Assembly: GCA_046290225.1 (NCBI GenBank)
Contig: JBKAGE010000075.1
Span: 1-64,000 of the forward strand
From: Bradymonadia bacterium
GTDB taxonomy: Bacteria > Myxococcota_A > Bradymonadia > UBA7976 > UBA1532
Direction of reading: 5' to 3'
DNA length: 64,000 bases
Shown here: piece after piece, positions 57,638 through 64,000 of the stretch
How the letters are laid out: each line of letters opens with the position of its first letter
How positions within the stretch are numbered: the first letter of the stretch is position 1
Position numbers and translations under genes: made by a program
The notes under the pieces: model-generated
What the model was told of the DNA's origin: nothing
The model's database searches: none
Seen by the model: the letters and a program-made list of their open reading frames with translations, nothing else

Positions 57638-58791
57638 CAGGGCGTCTCCTCGACCGGGGGCTTCTGAGGCTCGAGGCGAAGGTCGAAGGTGGCGGACATC
57701 GGCGTGTTCAGGGGGGTGGTGAGGAGGATGCGCCCACCGGAGAACCCGCCGGCGAGCTCGGGCAGGGGTGAGCCTGCAGGGCGTGTGCTCATACGCGCCA
57801 GAGCGGTCATCGCCGAACGCCAGCCGCGACGATCGGCGGTGACGAGGAACCGGTCTTCACCCAGAAGCATCGTCACCTCAGCCCCTTCGTCCACCAGATG
57901 GGCGAGCACCGAGGCGGCGAGGGTGGCCAGGGCGTCGGTCAGAGAGGCCGGGGCCATGCCCACACCTTCAGCGAGCACGTCGTGCACCACGAGCAGGATC
58001 GTCCGTGCGTGATCTGCCGCCCGCTCCCGCACGATGAGCTGTCCGGTGCGGGCGGAGCGTTTCCAGTGCACTGATTTGATGTCGTCCCCCGGGCGGTGGG
58101 CCCTCAGGCCGTGGAACTCCTGCCCGTGGCCACGGGCTTGGCGGGGTTGCTGCCCCTGGCGCCCGCTCATTTGATGCAGCAAGGGGCTCACGGGCTCGAT
58201 GGCGGGGTACACCAGCAACGTGGTCGACACATCGGCCCGCTTGAGCTTGCGGAAGAAGCCAAAGGGGAAGCGGGTGCTCAGGGTGCTGCTGGTGAGATGG
58301 TGCTCGCCTCGCCGGGGGCACGTCATGCGATAGCTCGTCTGCAGGGTGGATTCTGGGGGGAGCTTCAAGAAAAAGCATTTCTTGGCGGTCTCCTGCCCTT
58401 CGAGGTGGTCTTCCACTTCGAGGCTGAAGCTGGGCACCCGGCGCTTGTTGTTGGTGAGGGTGATCTGCGTCAGGAACGGCACCCCCGCGTAGATCTCCCC
58501 GGGGGGCTGTCGGGTGAGGGAGAGGCTGCGCAGAGCGAGTTCAGAGAGCACCCCGCTCACCACGATCATCGACAACTGCATGCCCAGGAGCAGATAGAGC
58601 AGGTTGTTGCCCGTGTTGATGGCGGCAAAGCCCACGGTGAGTGTGAGGCCCACGAAGGCCTGACCGGTGCCGGTGAACTTGAGGCGCGTGCGTCGACCCC
58701 CACGTCGCCGGCGGCGCCATCGGACGAGGCGGACCACCGCCACAACCACCAACAAGAGCAGGATCACAGGGAACCAGTGCATGCTCGTCAT
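57637..58791 (-). CDS. DUF58 domain protein (MoxR partner type)
   Basis: AAINTGNNLLYL, TRFPFGFF, LLVYP, EFHGLR.HRPGDD.K.VHWK.SAR; stop overlaps the transglutaminase ATG. Confidence 0.9.
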   Translation of the reverse strand: MTSMHWFPVILLLLVVVAVVRLVRWRRRRRGGRRTRLKFTGTGQAFVGLTLTVGFAAINTGNNLLYLLLGMQLSMIVVSGVLSELALRSLSLTRQPPGEIYAGVPFLTQITLTNNKRRVPSFSLEVEDHLEGQETAKKCFFLKLPPESTLQTSYRMTCPRRGEHHLTSSTLSTRFPFGFFRKLKRADVSTTLLVYPAIEPVSPLLHQMSGRQGQQPRQARGHGQEFHGLRAHRPGDDIKSVHWKRSARTGQLIVRERAADHARTILLVVHDVLAEGVGMAPASLTDALATLAASVLAHLVDEGAEVTMLLGEDRFLVTADRRGWRSAMTALARMSTRPAGSPLPELAGGFSGGRILLTTPLNTPMSATFDLRLEPQKPPVEETP

Positions 58792-58875
58792 GATGCCCGC
58801 TGAGGGGTGATCGGCGCGAACTTGCCGCACAGGGCGACGGCAGGTATCACAGGGGGCGCTCCAACTGAGGAAGAG

Positions 58876-59640
58876 ATGCAGGTACTCTACAACGACGGGG
58901 TACAGGTCGGGCGAATCACCTTTGATCCTCGACGCAGAGTCCCCGTGGCCTTCTGGACCCACCGGCCGGCGAAACGCCCCGCCGGGGGTCGGATTCTCAC
59001 CAGCGACGGTCTTGCTCGCCGATGGCCCGGCACCATCGGGCTGCCCATCGGTCACAGCGGCGTGGCCATGGGGTTGCGTCTCGAGCTGCTCGCCTCAGGT
59101 TATGGGGCCTCCGGGGTGGCGGTCATGGCCACCCGGGCCGGCCTGCGCACCCTGGTTGTGGGCCCCACGAGCACTCGGCTGGTGCCCAGAGCTGCGGAGC
59201 GCATGGTTTTGTGGGTGCCGCCCGTGCGGGATCCGAAGGGACCTCACGCCGGCAACCTGATCCACTGGCTCAAGGCGCACTTGACCACAGCGCACGACGA
59301 TCGCCTCGTGGTCCCCGATGGCGCCACCGCCGAGGTGGTGTGTCAGGTCCTCGCCCAGGCTGGGGTGCCCTCTGTGGCCCCCAAGTGGCTCGGCGGCGGG
59401 CGCTGGCGCCCGGGGGCGCTGCGCATCAGCACCGCCGGTGAGGGCCTCCTCGTCGACGCCCGGCCCCAGGCGGACTGGCCGTGGCTCGCCGATCTCGTCG
59501 AGGCCGTGGCCCCAGAGCAGCTCTGGCTTCACGGCCCGGGCGCCGCGGACTTCGGTGCCGCGCTGAGCGCCGAGGGCTGGCCTGTGCACTTGCTCACCTC
59601 GCCGGCCCAGCTGCCCCTCGTACCTGTGCCCGTGCGCTGA
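58876..59640 (+). CDS. Hypothetical protein, possibly a degenerate MBL/beta-CASP fold
   Basis: ATG after GAGGAAG; AFWTH, LELLASG..ASG, and QADWPWL..LVEAVAPEQLWLHG resemble the layout of RNA-metabolising metallo-beta-lactamases. Confidence 0.55.
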   Translation: MQVLYNDGVQVGRITFDPRRRVPVAFWTHRPAKRPAGGRILTSDGLARRWPGTIGLPIGHSGVAMGLRLELLASGYGASGVAVMATRAGLRTLVVGPTSTRLVPRAAERMVLWVPPVRDPKGPHAGNLIHWLKAHLTTAHDDRLVVPDGATAEVVCQVLAQAGVPSVAPKWLGGGRWRPGALRISTAGEGLLVDARPQADWPWLADLVEAVAPEQLWLHGPGAADFGAALSAEGWPVHLLTSPAQLPLVPVPVR

Positions 59641-59719
59641 CCCCAGCGCTGACGATTGGCGCCCTCGATCCGGGTCATCAGGAGACTGGGCCTTCGGGGC
59701 CTGCTACACTGCGCCGCCT

Positions 59720-62215
59720 ATGAGTACCCCCCGCCCACTGCTCATCACCAACCGCCGTAAAGGCGGCTTCCTGCGATGGATCCCCCGGTTGATTTTCATG
59801 CTGGGCGTTGCGGGCACCCTCGCCGGCGGCCTCGCCGGGGTGTGGGCGTACATCTACTTCGCCGAAGGGCTGCCCGGTCCCCCCACCATCGAAGGGTACG
59901 ATCCGCCCACGGTGAGCGCGTTCTTCGCCCGTGACGGCCGGCAAGTGGCGGAGCTCACCACCGAGCGTCGCCTCGTGGTGCCTCTCGAGCAGATGCCCAC
60001 GCACCTCATCGAGGCGTTCCTCGCCAGTGAGGACAAGAGCTTCTTCCAACACAGCGGGGTGGACTTCAGGGGCATCGCCCGGGCGGCGGTGGCCAACTTC
60101 CAGGCGGGGCGCATCGTCGAGGGGGCGTCGACGATCACTCAGCAGCTGTGCAAGACCCTGCTGTCGACCGAGAAATCCTTCGTGCGCAAGGCCAAGGAGG
60201 CGATCCTGGCCCGGCGCACCGAGCACGTGCTCAGCAAGCTCGACATCTTGTACCTGTACCTGAACCAGATCTACCTGGGCCACGGCGCCTATGGGGTTCA
60301 AGCGGCGGCGCAGAACTACTTCGACAAAGATGTCTCAGATCTCACCCTCGGCGAGTCGTCCATGATCGCCGGCTTGCCCCCTTCGCCGGGGCGCATCACG
60401 CCCATCCTGAATTGGGAGAAGGCCCGTGAGCGTCAGCGCAGGGTGCTCGATCGCATGGTGCAGGAAGGCTTCATCGAGTCCGAGCAGGCTGACGCTGCTT
60501 TCGCCCAGCCCCTGAAGCTGCATCGAAATCGACCGGATCTCTTCGGGGATCATACGCCGTACTACACCGAGCACGCCCGCAGGGCAGTACAGGGCCGGTA
60601 TGGTGAAGAGAAGATGTACCGCAAGGGCCTGAGGGTACATCTCGCTGTGGATGCTGATCGGCAGACCGCAGGTCAGGGCAGCTTGCGGGAAGGCTTGCTC
60701 TCTCTGGGGCAGCGGCATGGCTTCGTCGGTGTCTTTGCGCATCTGGGGGCGTCGGAGCAGGGCGAGTTTGCCCAGAAGGCGGCAAAGCACTACGGCGAAG
60801 GCCCCCTGGAGGCCGATCGGTACTACCTCGCTCTGGTCAAAGATCTCGAGGCCGGAGAGGCCACCGTCCAGGTGGGAGTGCACGAGGCGCGTCTGCCCCT
60901 CAAAGAGGGCATGGCCTGGGCTGCACCCCACCAGACCGACGCCCAGGCCAAAGCAGATGGTAAGCGGCACGCCAAGAACAACCGCCGCATCAAAGATGCA
61001 GGCGAGGCGCTCCGCGTGGGCGACGTCATCTCGGTGCGGTTGATCCGGGGCCGAAAGGCCGAGAACCCTGCGGATACAGTACCCACAGTGGTCCTGTCTC
61101 AGGTGCCCAAGGTCCAGGGCGCGCTGGTGAGCATGGATCCGTGGACGGGCTACGTCGAAGCCATGGTGGGTGGCCTCGACTTCGATCAGTCAGAGTACAA
61201 CCGCGCTTTTCAGGGCTGTCGCCAGCCGGGCTCGGTCTTCAAGCCCCTCGTCTACAGTCGGGCCGTCGATCTCGAGTACACCCTCGCCACCCTGATCTCC
61301 GACGTGCCCGTGGCCCGCTTCGACGATTTGCGAGGCGAGCTGTGGAAGCCCAAGAACATCAGCCGGGAGTACGAAGGAGAGATCCTGCTCTGGCGAGCAC
61401 TCATCAACTCGAAGAACATCCCCGCCATCAACGTGTTCGAGTACGTCACCGGCGACGAAGTGGTGCGCTGGGCCAACTCTCTGGGCATCACCACCCCCCT
61501 CGATCCGGGGCCGGCGCTGGCTCTGGGCAGCAGCTGTGTCTACCCCTGGGACATGGTACAGGTGTATGGCCTCTTCGCTCTGAGGGGCCTGCAGCCCAGG
61601 CCCGTCTTCATCACCCGGGTCGAGGATCGTTGGGGCGGCATCTACGAAGATCACACCGCCCTCGGTGATCCGTGGGCGCCCACGGGGCCCAAGCTCGATG
61701 CCATGTTGCGTCGGGCCGGCGAGCCTCGGGTGCGTCTCGTCTCTGCCGATACCGCCTTCCTTGTGCAGCATCTCTTGAAGAGCGTCGTCGACGCAGGCAC
61801 TGGGGCAAAGGCCCGAAGCTTGAAGAAGGTGGCCGGCGGAAAGACCGGCACCACCAACGCGTACGACGTGTGGTTCGTAGGCTTCACCGAGTCGCTCATC
61901 ACCGGCGTCTGGCTCGGCGCAGACGTCAATGCGCGGCGGCTCGGAGACGAGGTCACTGGCAGCCGGGTGGCGCTCCCGGTGTGGTTGGCATATATGAAGC
62001 GGGCGCTCGCGGGGATCCCCCAAGGTGACTTCACCGCTGATCCCCCCGAGGGCGTCGTGTTTGAGCAGATCGACATCGAGACCGGGCTGCTCGCAGCGAA
62101 AGGCCGTCGCTCGGTGCGGCTCCCCTTCAAGGCGGAGACCGCCCCCACAGAGAAGGCCAAGGCTGCGGGTACGTTCGATACCAGCGATCTCGATGACGTC
62201 GAAGGCAGGTTCTGA
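59720..62215 (+). CDS. mrcA: Class A penicillin-binding protein (PBP1A)
   Basis: TM anchor; transglycosylase EDKSFFQHSGVD, GASTITQQL, YLNQIYLG; OB-like insert; transpeptidase GSVFKP (SxxK), SKN, KTG. Confidence 0.93.
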   Translation: MSTPRPLLITNRRKGGFLRWIPRLIFMLGVAGTLAGGLAGVWAYIYFAEGLPGPPTIEGYDPPTVSAFFARDGRQVAELTTERRLVVPLEQMPTHLIEAFLASEDKSFFQHSGVDFRGIARAAVANFQAGRIVEGASTITQQLCKTLLSTEKSFVRKAKEAILARRTEHVLSKLDILYLYLNQIYLGHGAYGVQAAAQNYFDKDVSDLTLGESSMIAGLPPSPGRITPILNWEKARERQRRVLDRMVQEGFIESEQADAAFAQPLKLHRNRPDLFGDHTPYYTEHARRAVQGRYGEEKMYRKGLRVHLAVDADRQTAGQGSLREGLLSLGQRHGFVGVFAHLGASEQGEFAQKAAKHYGEGPLEADRYYLALVKDLEAGEATVQVGVHEARLPLKEGMAWAAPHQTDAQAKADGKRHAKNNRRIKDAGEALRVGDVISVRLIRGRKAENPADTVPTVVLSQVPKVQGALVSMDPWTGYVEAMVGGLDFDQSEYNRAFQGCRQPGSVFKPLVYSRAVDLEYTLATLISDVPVARFDDLRGELWKPKNISREYEGEILLWRALINSKNIPAINVFEYVTGDEVVRWANSLGITTPLDPGPALALGSSCVYPWDMVQVYGLFALRGLQPRPVFITRVEDRWGGIYEDHTALGDPWAPTGPKLDAMLRRAGEPRVRLVSADTAFLVQHLLKSVVDAGTGAKARSLKKVAGGKTGTTNAYDVWFVGFTESLITGVWLGADVNARRLGDEVTGSRVALPVWLAYMKRALAGIPQGDFTADPPEGVVFEQIDIETGLLAAKGRRSVRLPFKAETAPTEKAKAAGTFDTSDLDDVEGRF

Positions 62216-62872
62216 ATGTCATTCTTCGGGCTCGGGTTCACCGAGCTGGTGGTCATCGCCATCGTCACCCTCGTCGTGGTCGGGCCCAAGCGCCTGCCCG
62301 CCGTGGCCCGGACCCTCGGCCAGGGCATCCGTATGTTGCGACGCGCAGGGCAGGAGCTCCGAGACGCCGTGGACATCGACGAGGTCCGGGACCAGATTCA
62401 GCGAGAAACCCGCGAGATGTGGCGGGAGGCGGAGTCGATCCTCGACGTAGAGCCTGAGCCGGCAACTCAAAAGCCGGAGAAGAAGGCACCCGACAGCGAG
62501 ATCGCCGGCGAAGCTGACGCAGAGCCACCCATGATGACCGGCCCCACCCCCGAGGTGAACCTCGCCAAGGCCGCTGACGCCTCAGCCACCGAGGGCGAGT
62601 CAGCCGAAGAGGCTCAGGCGGACACGAGTGGCACCTACGATCACAACGCCCCTGTAGACGACGTTGCCGCTCCAGAGGCAGGCAAGATCTCGCTCTCCGA
62701 GGAGATCCCCACGAGCGAAGAGGCCCGCGCCCTGGAAGAGAGCGCCGCCCCGGTGGCCCGTGCCGAGGCACCGAGCATCGGACCCTCAGCGGCCCTCAAA
62801 GCAGCCCTCGGTGAGGGGGCCATCGACGATGACGCCGGTGAGGGTGAGGCAGAGCGGGGAGGGGCAGCGTGA
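62216..62872 (+). CDS. tatB: Twin-arginine translocase subunit TatB
   Basis: FGLGFTELVVIAIVTLVVVGPKRLP, amphipathic helix, long acidic tail; directly upstream of tatC. Confidence 0.85.
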   Translation: MSFFGLGFTELVVIAIVTLVVVGPKRLPAVARTLGQGIRMLRRAGQELRDAVDIDEVRDQIQRETREMWREAESILDVEPEPATQKPEKKAPDSEIAGEADAEPPMMTGPTPEVNLAKAADASATEGESAEEAQADTSGTYDHNAPVDDVAAPEAGKISLSEEIPTSEEARALEESAAPVARAEAPSIGPSAALKAALGEGAIDDDAGEGEAERGGAA

Positions 62873-63759
62873 GCGCGAACCCAACCAATCCGGACGAGCT
62901 CGAGGACAGCCGCGCCCCCTTCATGGAGCACCTCGAGGAGCTGCGCACCCGTCTCGTACGGTGTCTGCTCGCCATCTTCATCGGCGGGGCGTTGTGCTGG
63001 CTCGTCAAAGAGGAGCTGTACCAGCTCATCACCGGACCCATCAACGAAGCCCAGGGCGACCTGGGCCTGAAGCGGGAGATGATCTTCCGGACCCCTCACG
63101 GGGCCTTCGTGCTCTATCTGAAGCTCGCCGTCTTTGGTGGCTTGTTCCTGGGCATCCCCGTGATCCTCTATCAGGTCTGGCAGTTCGTCGCCCCAGGCCT
63201 CTACAAACACGAGCAGCGGGTGGTGTTGCCCTTCGTGTTCTTGAGCACGGCCTGCTTCGCTGGGGGCACCATCTTTTGCTACAACCTGATCCTGCCTGAA
63301 GTGTTCACCTTCCTGCTTGGATACGGGCAGGACTTCGGCAGTCCGATCATCACCCTCGCCAAACACACCGTCGTCGCCGCAGGGCAACCAAACGTGGACG
63401 TCGGCGCAGCGGTGCTCAAGGCCGACATCGCCATCGAAGACTTCATGGGGATCACCACCCGGCTGTTGCTGGCCTTCGGGTTGGCGTTCGAACTGCCCGT
63501 GGCCCTGGGCTTCTTCGCCCTCGTGGGGCTCATCACGCACCACAGCCTCATCAAGTTCTGGCGCTATGCCGTGGTGATCGCCTTCGTGGTGGCCGCCATC
63601 CTCACGCCCCCGGATCCATACAGTCAGGCCATGCTGGCGATCCCGCTGTTGGCCCTGTACGGCCTGAGCATCGGCCTGGCGTGGATGGTCCACAAACGGC
63701 GCAGCGATGCTGAAGCCAAGGCGGAAGCCGACGCTGACACAAAGGCCGGCGAAGGCTGA
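62869..63759 (+). CDS. tatC: Twin-arginine translocase subunit TatC
   Basis: FMEHLEELRTRL, YQVWQFVAPGLYKHE, FGLAFELP, AAILTPPD. Confidence 0.96.
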   Translation: MSANPTNPDELEDSRAPFMEHLEELRTRLVRCLLAIFIGGALCWLVKEELYQLITGPINEAQGDLGLKREMIFRTPHGAFVLYLKLAVFGGLFLGIPVILYQVWQFVAPGLYKHEQRVVLPFVFLSTACFAGGTIFCYNLILPEVFTFLLGYGQDFGSPIITLAKHTVVAAGQPNVDVGAAVLKADIAIEDFMGITTRLLLAFGLAFELPVALGFFALVGLITHHSLIKFWRYAVVIAFVVAAILTPPDPYSQAMLAIPLLALYGLSIGLAWMVHKRRSDAEAKAEADADTKAGEG

Positions 63760-63768
63760 GGGGGCCAA

Positions 63769-64000
63769 GTGATCACCGAAGTCCAGATCGACGTGCACCC
63801 CGACGAGGCCCTGCCCGAGCGTCTCGGGGCCACCGTGGCTCGAGCGCTGAAGATCGACGCCAGCCGGATCACTGGCGCTGAGATCACTCGAAAGGCCATC
63901 GACGCGCGCCATGGCAAGGTGAGACTCAAGATCACCGCCCGGGTGGCTGTGGACGAGCCTTTTGCCCCCCTCGATGCGCCAGTGGTGCCCGATCTGCCCA
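63769..64000 (+). CDS. 5' part of a CDS running off the window, probably an FAD-dependent oxidoreductase
   Basis: GTG start; VITEVQIDVHPDEA...TRKAIDARHGKV...; the R-K-x-I-D-A-R motif recalls the N-terminus of uncharacterised FAD-dependent dehydrogenases. Open to the edge. Confidence 0.55.
   Translation, partial: MITEVQIDVHPDEALPERLGATVARALKIDASRITGAEITRKAIDARHGKVRLKITARVAVDEPFAPLDAPVVPDLP

Noticed and set aside
1..64000. tRNA, rRNA, prophage, integrase, transposase or defence genes
   Set aside because: None recognised; nearly all sequence is accounted for by housekeeping, envelope and signalling CDSs.

Overview
GC-rich bacterial chromosomal segment, probably Myxococcota-like (inferred from an MglA-family GTPase, Cys/Asp-repeat lipoproteins and several PAS histidine kinases). 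About 50 CDSs can be supported: a stand-alone RlmK-like methyltransferase, an OMF-MFP-RND efflux operon, gpmA, a GMC oxidoreductase/Tat-lipoprotein/GT-C glycosyltransferase cluster beside Cys-rich lipoproteins, a sodium:solute symporter, a 2OG-Fe(II) oxygenase, kbl-tdh, a cysteine desulfurase-thiI pair, hemW-grpE-dnaK-dnaJ (no hrcA), a LolA-like/outer-membrane protein/MMPL trio, and a CysJ-like diflavin reductase with an acidic Tyr repeat linker plus a duplicated free flavodoxin. A ~14 kb minus-strand run follows (DUF58, transglutaminase, aldolase, murB, LpoA-like, MglA-like GTPase, kinase, receiver, thiL, two CNNM genes, MoxR), then PBP1A, tatB and tatC. I saw no rRNA, tRNA, CRISPR array or transposase. 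The most unusual signal is non-coding. A ~100-bp extragenic repeat built around (GGGCAC)4-5 occurs four times, two copies forming a long inverted repeat, and the plus-strand copies sit at gene stops. The three genes directly 5' of it nearly lose C at third codon positions over their last 14-28 codons. A second ~104-nt element with a compensatorily changed stem shares the same convergent intergenic regions. All product calls come from motif recognition by eye; no database searches were run.
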